From Chloroflexota bacterium (GTDB lineage: Bacteria > Chloroflexota > UBA11872 > UBA12225), in the NCBI GenBank assembly GCA_034437795.1, contig DAOTTI010000012.1:12479-76478 (forward strand): a stretch of DNA of 64,000 bases, read 5' to 3'. The notes beneath the pieces were generated by a model. That model saw only the letters and a list, made by a program, of their open reading frames with translations. It made no database searches and was not told where the DNA came from. Below, piece after piece: positions 56,126-64,000 of the stretch. Every line of letters starts with the position of its first letter. The first letter of the stretch is position 1. A program made the position numbers and the translations under genes.

Positions 56126-57142
56126 CTACGCGGCCACGCGGACCACGACGCGGCCGCGGACGGCCCCGCGGAGGATCTCCTGCAGCAGGCAAGGCACGTC
56201 GTCCAGCGACGCCTCAGTGGCAATCAGCTCGTCGAGCTTCGGGGGGCGCAGGTCGCCGGCCAGGCGCTGCCAGATGGCGATGCGCTCTGACAGCGGCAGG
56301 TGAGCGGAGTCGATGCCCAGGAGGCTCACGCCGCGCAGGATGAAGGGGAAGACGGTGGTATGGAGCGTGGAGCCGCCGGCCAGCCCGCAGGCCGCGACGC
56401 TCCCGCCGTACGTCGTGGTCCGCAGCAGGTAGGCCAGGGTGGCACCGCCAACGGAGTCGATGGCGCCGGCCCAGCGGGCATGCTCCAGGGGACGCTCGCT
56501 GGCGGCGCTCGTCTCGGAGCGGTCGAGGAGCTGGCGGGCGCCGAGCTGGCGCAGAAAGTCGTGGCAGGCCGGCCGGCCGGTGCTGGCGGCCACGTCGTAG
56601 CCCCGCGCCGCCAGGATGGCGACCGCGGTGGAGCCCACGCCGCCGGCGGCGCCCGTGACCAGCACCGGCCCGCTTTCGGGGCGCAGGCCCAGGTGCTCCA
56701 GGCGCGCCACGGAAAGGGCGGCGGTGAAGCCGGCGGTACCGATGGCCATGGCCTGGCGGGGGGAGAGCCCGGCCGGGAGGGGCACGACCCACGAGGCAGG
56801 GACACGGGCCAGCTCGGCATAGCCGCCGTGGTGGCCGGCGCCCAGCTCATAGCCGTGCACCAGCACGCGATCGCCCGGCCGGTAGCGCGGATCGTCGCTA
56901 CTCACCACCGTGCCGGCCAGGTCAATGCCGGGGATGAGCGGGTAGCGGCGCGCCACACGGCCATCGGGCCGGGCGGCCAGGCCGTCTTTGTAATTGATGG
57001 ACGAGTACTCGACGCGCACGGTGACCTCGCCCGGCATTAGCTGGTCGGGGGACCACTCTTCGATGGCCAGGCTGGTCCCGCCATCAGTTCGCCGCACCAC
57101 CAGGGCGCGAAAGGTCTGCGTCACGGCTGAAGGCGGCATCAT
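56126..57142 (-). CDS. YhdH/YhfP (AcuI-like) NADPH-dependent quinone/acrylyl-CoA oxidoreductase, MDR family
   Basis: YSSINYKDGLA, PLIPGIDLAG, HHGGYAE, IGTAGFTA, VTGAAGGVGS, PFILRGVSLLGIDS. Confidence 0.93.
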   Translation of the reverse strand: MMPPSAVTQTFRALVVRRTDGGTSLAIEEWSPDQLMPGEVTVRVEYSSINYKDGLAARPDGRVARRYPLIPGIDLAGTVVSSDDPRYRPGDRVLVHGYELGAGHHGGYAELARVPASWVVPLPAGLSPRQAMAIGTAGFTAALSVARLEHLGLRPESGPVLVTGAAGGVGSTAVAILAARGYDVAASTGRPACHDFLRQLGARQLLDRSETSAASERPLEHARWAGAIDSVGGATLAYLLRTTTYGGSVAACGLAGGSTLHTTVFPFILRGVSLLGIDSAHLPLSERIAIWQRLAGDLRPPKLDELIATEASLDDVPCLLQEILRGAVRGRVVVRVAA

Positions 57143-57178
57143 CGCCCCCCTGAGACGGGCTTCGGCCGTACCTGAAGG

Positions 57179-57235
57179 CTGAAACCAGGCTGCAACCGGC
57201 TTGAAACCAAATTGGTACTGCCACCAAGTTGTACC
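57179..57235 (-). promoter_or_regulatory. Phased direct repeats GGTT(T/G)CA(A/G), 11-bp period
   Basis: Plus-strand YTGMAACC at 57179, 57190 and 57201, with weaker copies at 57218 and 57229, in the divergent yhdH/sulfatase intergenic region. Confidence 0.5.
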
Positions 57236-57304
57236 ACCGTTATGATGGCCTCAGGGCGCTCCCCCTACCGGAGACCGCGGCGCGCGTCTTGCGTGTCCGG
57301 GGTC

Positions 57305-57382
57305 GAGGTTCGAAGTTCAAAGTTCAAGGTTGGGTGCGGCTTACTTTGTACTTTGCACTTTGAACCTTGAACGTTGAACCTT
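57305..57382. repeat. Heptamer (AGTTCAA) tract followed by its complement (TTGAACC/TTGCACT), forming an inverted repeat
   Basis: GGTTCGAAGTTCAAAGTTCAAGG...CTTTGAACCTTGAACGTTGAACC. Same family at 48231-48263 and 59501-59557. Confidence 0.75.
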
Positions 57383-59498
57383 GAATGCGGAAGCGTTGAT
57401 GGCTGACGTCCTGGGCGTGTGCGCGCGACACGTCGCGCGGGGGATGCTGTTCGGGGCGCTGGCCGGCGGGGGGGTTGGCAGTGTGGAAGGCTACCTCCTT
57501 ACGGCCGGCCGCGTCGCGCGGGCCGCCCTGCGTGAGGCGGCCGTCTATGCCGTGGTGGTGGATTGCCTGGTGGGTGCGGCTGCGGGGGCGCTGCTGGCGT
57601 TGCCGCTGGCGCTGGCCGGCGCGCTCCTGGCGGGGCGCCGGGCCGAGCGCCCGCTGGCGGTGGCGCAGTTCATGGCCATGGCCGCCGGCGGGATCGCCGT
57701 TGGCGGCGTGCTCTGGTACGAGCGTCTGCAGCGAACGGGCCTCCCGCGGGCGCGACCGGGGCTCGCCCTTCCGGACGCGCCGGCCCTTCCACCGGCCTTC
57801 CAGCTGGCCGGCGCTGCCGTGCTGGGGGCGCTGTTGGTGTACTTCCTGGCCGGCCGGCACCTGATCGGCACGCTGCTGCGCTGGCCGCGCGCCACCAGCG
57901 CCGGCGCCCTGGCGCTGGTCGGGCTGGTGGCGCTGGTGCTGCCGGTGCAGGTGGTGCTGGAGGCCCGCGCGTATCACGTTCACGCCACGCCCGGCCGGGC
58001 CGCGCCCCAGTGGTCCCTGGCGGCGCCGCTGCCCGCCGCGCTTGAGCCGGACCTGCGCGGCGTGGGGGCGCCGAACGTGGTGCTGATCACGGTCGATGCG
58101 CTGCGGGCGGACCATCTCGGCCTCTGTGGCGCGGGCGAGCACGGGCGCGGGCTCCGCGCAGGCGATGCGGCTGCCTTCGAGGTGGGCGAAACGGGCGCGG
58201 CCGGGGCAGCGAGCCCCACGCCGAACCTGGACCGGCTGGCGGCGCAGGGCACGCTCTTCTGCTTCGCCCACGTGCACCAGCCCCAGACCAATCCATCCCT
58301 GGCGTCGCTCTTTACGGGCCTGTACCCCGCCAGCCACGGCGTGCGGGCCCATATGACCGACCGACTGCCGGAGAAGATCCCCACGCTGGCGCGCTTTCTC
58401 CGCGCTGCGGGGTACACCACCGCCGGCATCGCGCCGTGGACCAGCCTCAAGCCGGCCTTCTCGGGGCTGCACCAGGGCTTCCAAACCTACATCGCCGCCG
58501 CCATTGGCGAGCCGGAGTTCCTGGCGCTGCCGGTAGTGCAGGGGGCGGCCGGCGTCTTTCGGCGGGTGAAGGACCAGCTCTGGATCGCGCAGCGCCTCGC
58601 CCCGCTGGCGCAGACGGAGGACGCGCTCGAGGAGCAGCTCGAAGGGCGCGCGGACGTCTCCACCGACCACGCCATCAACTGGTTGGCGGTCCACCGGCGC
58701 GACCCGTTCCTGCTCTGGGTGCATTACTTCGATCCCCACTATCCATGGACGCCGCCGCCTCCGTACGACACGCTCTACGATCCCGACTACGTCTGGTCGG
58801 CCGACGACGTCTATGACGGGTCCTGGCGTACCTGGCACGCCTACGCCGCTGGCGAGTGGGCGCCGGGGCCCCGCCAGGTGCAGCACCTGCGGGCGGTCTA
58901 CAAGGGCGAGGTGCGCTACGCCGACGAGCAGATTGGTCGGCTGCTCGCCGCCCTGGACGATCTGGGCCTGCTGGCGAACACGCTGTTCGTCGTCACCAGC
59001 GATCACGGCGAGGGATTTGGCGAGCACGACGTGTGGTTCCACGGCGATAGCCTCTACGCCCACGACATTCAGGTCCCCCTGCTCTTCGCCGGGCCGGGCG
59101 TGCCGGCACGGGGACGGGTCGACGCGCTGGCGCGGCAGATCGACGTGCTCCCGACGATCCTGGAGCTGCTGCACCTGCCGCCGGCGCCGGAGATCGACGG
59201 ACGGAGCCTGGTGCCGCTGCTGCGGGGCGAGGACGACGGCCGGGACCGCGTCTCCTTCGCCCAGATCGGGGACGACACCCTGCTGGCGGTGGTCACCGGC
59301 GACCTGTGGAAGCTGATCCTCGACTACCGCAAGTGGGAGGTGGAGCTCTACTACCTGCCGGATGACCCGCAGGAGCTGGACAACCGTGCGGCGCGGGAGT
59401 GGGGGCGGGCGAGCGAGCTGTTCCGGCTGGTGGACCGCTGGGCGGAGGCGAAGAACATGCACTGGTTCAAGCTGCCGGAGTTCCGCCTGGGGTTCTAG
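57381..59498 (+). CDS. Membrane-anchored sulfatase/alkaline-phosphatase-superfamily protein
   Basis: Several N-terminal TM helices, LITVDALRADHL, PQTNPSLASLFTGLYP..HG, WVHYFDPH, VTSDHGE, HG.SLY, W.L/ELY.L..DP.E..N. Confidence 0.9.
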   Translation: MNAEALMADVLGVCARHVARGMLFGALAGGGVGSVEGYLLTAGRVARAALREAAVYAVVVDCLVGAAAGALLALPLALAGALLAGRRAERPLAVAQFMAMAAGGIAVGGVLWYERLQRTGLPRARPGLALPDAPALPPAFQLAGAAVLGALLVYFLAGRHLIGTLLRWPRATSAGALALVGLVALVLPVQVVLEARAYHVHATPGRAAPQWSLAAPLPAALEPDLRGVGAPNVVLITVDALRADHLGLCGAGEHGRGLRAGDAAAFEVGETGAAGAASPTPNLDRLAAQGTLFCFAHVHQPQTNPSLASLFTGLYPASHGVRAHMTDRLPEKIPTLARFLRAAGYTTAGIAPWTSLKPAFSGLHQGFQTYIAAAIGEPEFLALPVVQGAAGVFRRVKDQLWIAQRLAPLAQTEDALEEQLEGRADVSTDHAINWLAVHRRDPFLLWVHYFDPHYPWTPPPPYDTLYDPDYVWSADDVYDGSWRTWHAYAAGEWAPGPRQVQHLRAVYKGEVRYADEQIGRLLAALDDLGLLANTLFVVTSDHGEGFGEHDVWFHGDSLYAHDIQVPLLFAGPGVPARGRVDALARQIDVLPTILELLHLPPAPEIDGRSLVPLLRGEDDGRDRVSFAQIGDDTLLAVVTGDLWKLILDYRKWEVELYYLPDDPQELDNRAAREWGRASELFRLVDRWAEAKNMHWFKLPEFRLGF

Positions 59499-59708
59499 AC
59501 GAGTTCTAGGTTCACAGTTCTAGGTTCACAGTTCTAGGTTCAAAGTAGGTTCAAAGTAAGAGGGTTGAGGGAAGGGAGCCGGTGGGTCCGGGTCTGGCTT
59601 CGGGCGAGGGTATCGGGAGGAGCCCTGGCGGGGGCACTGGCGCAAGTTCCTGACCCGAGGGGTTCGAGCCTGGCTTCGGTTTGAGGCCATAAGTGAGGAG
59701 TGAGCGCG

Positions 59709-60926
59709 ATGGCCATGCGCATCTGTCTTGCATCAATTCATCCGCGGATGCTCAGCGGCCAGATTGAGAGCCTGGTAGCGCTCGGCCGCGAGCTGCGTGC
59801 GCTTGGCCATCCGGTGCGCGTCGTCTCGGCCTTTCCGGAGGAGATGCTGTACCACGACCAGCGCTGGGCGCTGGAGACGGGCGACGCGCGGCCTCTGGCC
59901 CCCAAGGTGCTGCGCATCGGACGGATCGTGCGCGACCTGTGCCTCCTGGCCCGCGAGGCGGACGTGGTCCACCTGAACCTGCCCACGCCGGCCTTTGCCG
60001 CCCTGGGCGCGCTGGTGCAGGGGGCCACGGGCCGGCCGGTAGTAGCCGGCTTCGAGGCCCAGCTGGCGCCGGCGGGCACCGTCCTGGCCGGCGGGCACCT
60101 TTTCCGCGCCCCGCGCTTCTTCTTGCCCAGGCTGGTGGTGAATAACCGGCTGGTGGCCCGCCTGGCGCCGTACCGCTGCCGGCAGTACGTCGTGGGCAGC
60201 GAGGTGCAGCGAGAGGAGCTGCTCCGGATCGGGCTTAAGCCGGACCAGGTGGCGGTGATCCCTAGCCCCGTGGATACCGCCAAGCTGAGGCGGTGGCCCA
60301 GGGCGGAGGCGCGCCGCCGCCTGGGGCTGCCGCTGGACCGGAAGCTGATCGGCTACGTCGGGCACTACCACCCCGTGAAGGGAGCCGAGCTGCTGCCCGG
60401 CGCCCTGCGGCTGGTGCTGGACCGCGTGCCGGAGGCGATGCTGGTACTGGCCTGGAGCGGCCTGGGCGACCGGCGGCCGGTGGAGCGCGCCATTCGACAG
60501 GCGGGCGTGGCGGAGCAGGTGATCCAGCTGGGGCGCGTGGACGTGGGGCTGCTCCTCTCGGCTGTGGACGTGCTGGCCGCGCCCTACACGCTGACTATCG
60601 GGCAGGCGGCCTTCCCCGCGGTGCCGCTGGAGGCGATGTGCCTGGGGGTGCCGCTGGTGACGAGCGACCTGCCCCTGCTGCGGGAGTTGACCGGTGGGGG
60701 CGCCGCGGGGCTGCTGGTGCCCGCGGGCAAGGTGGCCCCGCTGGGGGCGGCCCTGGCCGCCGTCCTGGCCGACCCGAGCTGCGGCGCCGCCTGCGGCGCC
60801 GCCGCGCGGCGCCTGTACGCGCGGGCGTACGATCCAAGAAAGCTGGCAGAGCGCCATGCCGCCCTCTACCGCGCCGTGGTGGCGCGACAAACGGCTGTTC
60901 TACGCCCGGCCCTCAGTGAGCGCTAA
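59709..60926 (+). CDS. Glycosyltransferase family 4 (GT-B fold)
   Basis: IGYVGH...KG, DVLAAP, FP.VPLEAMCLGVPLVTSD, GLLVP. Confidence 0.9.
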   Translation: MAMRICLASIHPRMLSGQIESLVALGRELRALGHPVRVVSAFPEEMLYHDQRWALETGDARPLAPKVLRIGRIVRDLCLLAREADVVHLNLPTPAFAALGALVQGATGRPVVAGFEAQLAPAGTVLAGGHLFRAPRFFLPRLVVNNRLVARLAPYRCRQYVVGSEVQREELLRIGLKPDQVAVIPSPVDTAKLRRWPRAEARRRLGLPLDRKLIGYVGHYHPVKGAELLPGALRLVLDRVPEAMLVLAWSGLGDRRPVERAIRQAGVAEQVIQLGRVDVGLLLSAVDVLAAPYTLTIGQAAFPAVPLEAMCLGVPLVTSDLPLLRELTGGGAAGLLVPAGKVAPLGAALAAVLADPSCGAACGAAARRLYARAYDPRKLAERHAALYRAVVARQTAVLRPALSER

Positions 60927-61713
60927 GTACGACGCCCTGCGCTTCGGGGGCGCGGGCGGGGCGCGCGTTAACCAACGCGAGCTGGAGCTGGTGCTGCGCC
61001 TGCTGGGCGACCTGCCGGCGGGGGCCCGCCTGCTGGACCTGGCCTGCGGCACCGGCCGCCTGGCGCGCGTCTTGTACCGCTCGTGCTACCGCGTGGCCGC
61101 GCTGGACTTCTCCGTGCCCATGCTCCAGCAGGCCCAGGCCGCACTGGCGGCGCCGGCACGGGGGAGCGAGGCCAGCGCGGTGACGGCAGCGACGGGTGCC
61201 GTGCGGCGCGATGAGCGTGACCGCGCGGCGCCGGACGAAACGGCGCCGCGCCAACAGCTACCGACCTTCTGGAGCCGGGAAGGGGCGTCGATCCACCTCA
61301 TTCAGGGCGACGCCTTCGCCCTGCCGTTCCCCGCGACCCTGTTCGACGGGGTAGTGGCCCTACGCTTCGCCTTTCACTGGCGGGAGCTGGGCCCGCTGCT
61401 GGCCGAGATGCGGTGCGTAGCCGCGCCGGGGGCGCCGCTGGTGTTTGACACCTACGTCTGGACGCCCCGCGCCTTGCTGGCGCTGGATGCGGCGCGCTGG
61501 GGTGGGAAGGTCTTCACCCACCGGCCGCGGGCCGTCCGTGCCCTGGCGGCGGAGCTGGGACTGGCGGTGGAGGCCGAGGTGCCGTGCTTTCTCTGCTCGC
61601 CGTACGTCTACCGCCGGCTGCCGCTGCCGGCCGTGCGGGCGTTGGAACGGGTAGAGCGGGTGGTGCCGCCCCGCTGGCTGTGTCGCGTGTTCTGGCGCCT
61701 GCGGCGGGGGTGA
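60856..61713 (+). CDS. Class I SAM-dependent methyltransferase
   Basis: YDALRFGG.GG, LLDLACGTGR, VAALDFS..ML, IQGDAF.LPF...FDGVV. Start probably ATG 60856, overlapping the end of the GT gene. Confidence 0.85.
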   Translation: MPPSTAPWWRDKRLFYARPSVSAKYDALRFGGAGGARVNQRELELVLRLLGDLPAGARLLDLACGTGRLARVLYRSCYRVAALDFSVPMLQQAQAALAAPARGSEASAVTAATGAVRRDERDRAAPDETAPRQQLPTFWSREGASIHLIQGDAFALPFPATLFDGVVALRFAFHWRELGPLLAEMRCVAAPGAPLVFDTYVWTPRALLALDAARWGGKVFTHRPRAVRALAAELGLAVEAEVPCFLCSPYVYRRLPLPAVRALERVERVVPPRWLCRVFWRLRRG

Positions 61714-61996
61714 GGGACGCCACCCCCTTCGGCCCCGCCGCCTCCCCTCCGACGCGGGGATACGGCAGATCCGGACGTGTGGCGTGTGCCCACTGCTAGG
61801 GCATGCGCTAACGGTCCGGATGGCGCCAAATCATGGCCGGCTTTCCCCTCTCCGCGTCGGAGACGGGGCGGCGGGGCCCAGTCGCACGGTGGGGCCGGGG
61901 GGCAAAGGTGCGGCGCGGCCCCCTTTGAAGGGGGCGAGGTCCATCGTCCCCCGGTCCGCCCCCCGGCCAATCGGGCAGTGCTGCGCGCCCCCCTGT

Positions 61997-62038
61997 GGTT
62001 ACAAGGGTGGTTGCAACCGGGTTGCAATCCGGTTACAA
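61997..62038 (+). promoter_or_regulatory. Four phased direct repeats GGTT(A/G)CAA
   Basis: Copies at 61997, 62009, 62020 and 62031 (spacing 12, 11, 11), upstream of the TAT metallohydrolase gene. Confidence 0.55.
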
Positions 62039-62210
62039 TTGGCTCACGCCCTACACCAGCGCCCCACGCCAGTAGCGGGACCGGTGAGCGCCTGGACAGA
62101 GGCCACCAGCGGTGTTCGGTGCGCGCCATGGCGGGCGCCGGCACGCGCTGGATGGAGGAGCCTGGCCAGGCGCGGAGGCGCGTCGATCACATGGGTGGCA
62201 GGCGAGACTT

Positions 62211-63335
62211 ATGAGCGGGACGAGACGGCGCTTCTTGCGAGGCATGGTGGTGGGTGCGGGGGCCGCCGCGGCGGTGGCCGGCAGCACGGCCGTTGGCCGG
62301 CCGGCCGCGCAGCGGCTGGTGTCATTTGGCGCGCGGCCGCAGCCGGCGGCGCGCACGGCAGACCCGTTTGTCTCCCTGCGCCACGGGCCGCAGGTGCGCG
62401 ATCCGTATTGGGGGGCCGACCTGCTGCCCTGGTGGAAGGGCCAGCTGCACACGCACACCGCCCGCTCATTCGACGGTGACCCGAACGTGCCTCCAGTTCG
62501 CCGCGCCGCCCTGTACCAGCTTGCGGGGTACGACTTCGTCGTGCTGACCGACCACGATCGGGTGAGCGCCCTCCCCGGCAGCGGCCTGGTCGAGCCTGCA
62601 GGCGGGGCCGAACGGCCGGTGCTGATCATCCCCGGCGTGGAGAGCACCGACCCCAGCGCCCACCTCGGGGTGTGGTTCATGGGCCAGGACGCCGCCCCCG
62701 CGGCCGTCGATCCGCCGCTGGTGGCGTCGCGGCGCGCGGCGGGGGAACGGATCGAGGCCTGGGCCGCCATGGGGGCGCTGGTGTGCTGCAATCATCCCAG
62801 CCATCCTTCAGCGCCCCTCTCCCCCGAGCAGGTGGCGTCGTGGGCCGGCGCAGGGCTGCCCTTCCGGTTTGTGGAGGTCTTCAATACCCTGGCCACGCGC
62901 TCCGCGGAGGGGCTGGCGCACAACCTGGAGGTGTGGCGGCGGGCGCTGACCGCCGCGGGGCCGGAGCGGCCGGTGTGGGCCGTGGCCACCGATGACTCCC
63001 ACCAGCCAGCGGTAGGGCAGAGCTGGATCGCGGTGGCGGCGCCGTCGCTCTCGGCCGGCGCGCTGCGCGAGGCGCTGCTGGCGGGGCGCTTTTACGCCAG
63101 CAACGGCCCGGACTTTCGCGCGCTGGGCGTCGACGAGGAGGCCGGCGCGATCGTGGCCAGCGCCCCCGGCGCAACGACGATCCGCTTCGTCGGCGATGAC
63201 GGGGCCACGCGCCGTCAGGTGGCCGGCGAGACCGGCTGGTACCGCCCACAACGAGGCGACCGCTGGGTGCGCGTGGAGGCGGTGGACGGCGCGGGGCGCA
63301 TGGCCTGGTCACAGCCCTTCTGGCTGGACGCGTAG
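62211..63335 (+). CDS. TAT-exported PHP-domain metallohydrolase (CehA/McbA-like)
   Basis: TRRRFLRG leader, WWKGQLHTHT..SFDG, YDFVVLTDHD, PGVE...H, NHP, VEVFN, ATDDSH, GRFYASNGP. Confidence 0.88.
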   Translation: MSGTRRRFLRGMVVGAGAAAAVAGSTAVGRPAAQRLVSFGARPQPAARTADPFVSLRHGPQVRDPYWGADLLPWWKGQLHTHTARSFDGDPNVPPVRRAALYQLAGYDFVVLTDHDRVSALPGSGLVEPAGGAERPVLIIPGVESTDPSAHLGVWFMGQDAAPAAVDPPLVASRRAAGERIEAWAAMGALVCCNHPSHPSAPLSPEQVASWAGAGLPFRFVEVFNTLATRSAEGLAHNLEVWRRALTAAGPERPVWAVATDDSHQPAVGQSWIAVAAPSLSAGALREALLAGRFYASNGPDFRALGVDEEAGAIVASAPGATTIRFVGDDGATRRQVAGETGWYRPQRGDRWVRVEAVDGAGRMAWSQPFWLDA

Positions 63336-63585
63336 CGCGGCGTATTCACGGGCGGAGCCGTCGCCATCTGCGACAGGGGGACAGGCGCGCCGGCCCCACG
63401 CCGCCCAGGCGCCGGCCTCTCTCCCTCTGCCACAGGGAGACGGAACTGATCTCCGGCAGTCACGGACCCGGGCACGGGCACGGCGAGCGGATCGCCTGCC
63501 GTGCCGGAGTGCGCCCCGGCACAATTGGGGGACGGCGCGGGCTTCGATGCGCCTGGGAACGATAAGGTGCAAGGCGCGGGGTTCG

Positions 63586-64000
63586 ATGCGCCGGCGATCC
63601 TTCTGGCTGGGTTCAAGTCGGACCGCCGCTGTGCTCAGGACGGGGCTCGGCCTGCTGCTGAGCGCGGGAGCGATCCTGCTGGCCGTGCGCCAGGTGGACC
63701 TGGCCGGCACGGGAGCGGCCATGCTTCAGGCGCGTCCGGCGCTGCTGGTGCCGGCGGTCGGGCTGCTGGCGGGGGCCATGGCTGTGCGGGTGTGGCGCTG
63801 GCAGCAACTCCTGGCGCCGGCAGGCCCCGCGGGCCGCGTGCGCTTCCGTGGCGCCCTCGCCGCCACGCTGATCGGCTATCTGGTCAACACCATCTTGCCG
63901 GGGAGGGTGGGCGAGCTGGTGCGCGCCCTGCTGATCAGCGAGACGGAAGGCGTCGGCGCCGGCCGCGCCGTCGGATCGATCGTCGTGGAGAAGCTGCTGG
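63586..64000 (+). CDS. Lysylphosphatidylglycerol synthase TM-domain/flippase-like membrane protein, 5' part; runs off the right edge
   Basis: Manual translation: GLGLLLS..AILLAVRQVD...RVWRWQQLL...TLIGYLVNTILPGRVGELVRA...SIVVEKLL. Confidence 0.85.
   Translation, partial: MRRRSFWLGSSRTAAVLRTGLGLLLSAGAILLAVRQVDLAGTGAAMLQARPALLVPAVGLLAGAMAVRVWRWQQLLAPAGPAGRVRFRGALAATLIGYLVNTILPGRVGELVRALLISETEGVGAGRAVGSIVVEKLL

Noticed and set aside
57324-59462. 712-aa minus-strand ORF
   Set aside because: Antisense to the sulfatase-like gene, with no recognisable domain.

Overview
This is a high-GC bacterial chromosomal segment. The gene content suggests a Chloroflexota-like soil or sediment organism, but that is inference. 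It holds about 50 plausible CDS; I recognised no rRNA, tRNA or CRISPR array. The backbone is catabolic and transport genes: seven stand-alone TAT/lipoprotein family-1 solute-binding proteins, a galactonate-dehydratase-like enolase, two Gfo/Idh/MocA oxidoreductases, four amidohydrolases, a PhyH dioxygenase, a creatininase and a class III aminotransferase. It also carries recD2, a CPA2 antiporter, a CNNM/CBS protein, an alternative sigma-70 and an envelope-modification cluster at the right end. Two accessory loci stand out. (1) At 25041-31257 (minus strand), a PUA-like/HNH nuclease gene precedes a tight NurA nuclease - HerA ATPase - TGT-fold (7-deazaguanine transglycosylase-like) - DUF6884-like operon. 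I do not recognise this combination as a described system, and it is the best candidate here for a new DNA-modification-linked defence or repair system. (2) At about 10690-15790, an AT-richer island carries a TerY-P triad (vWA, PP2C, kinase) plus Ada-like Zn-finger and zinc-ribbon accessory genes, bounded by a truncated CapA-like gene and a dead transposase. Intergenic DNA is rich in repeats: two TA-flanked MITE-like families whose ends often supply stop codons, 60-bp tandem arrays, a perfect 15-mer VNTR and 7/8-mer tracts. All calls come from reading motifs by eye; no database searches were run.
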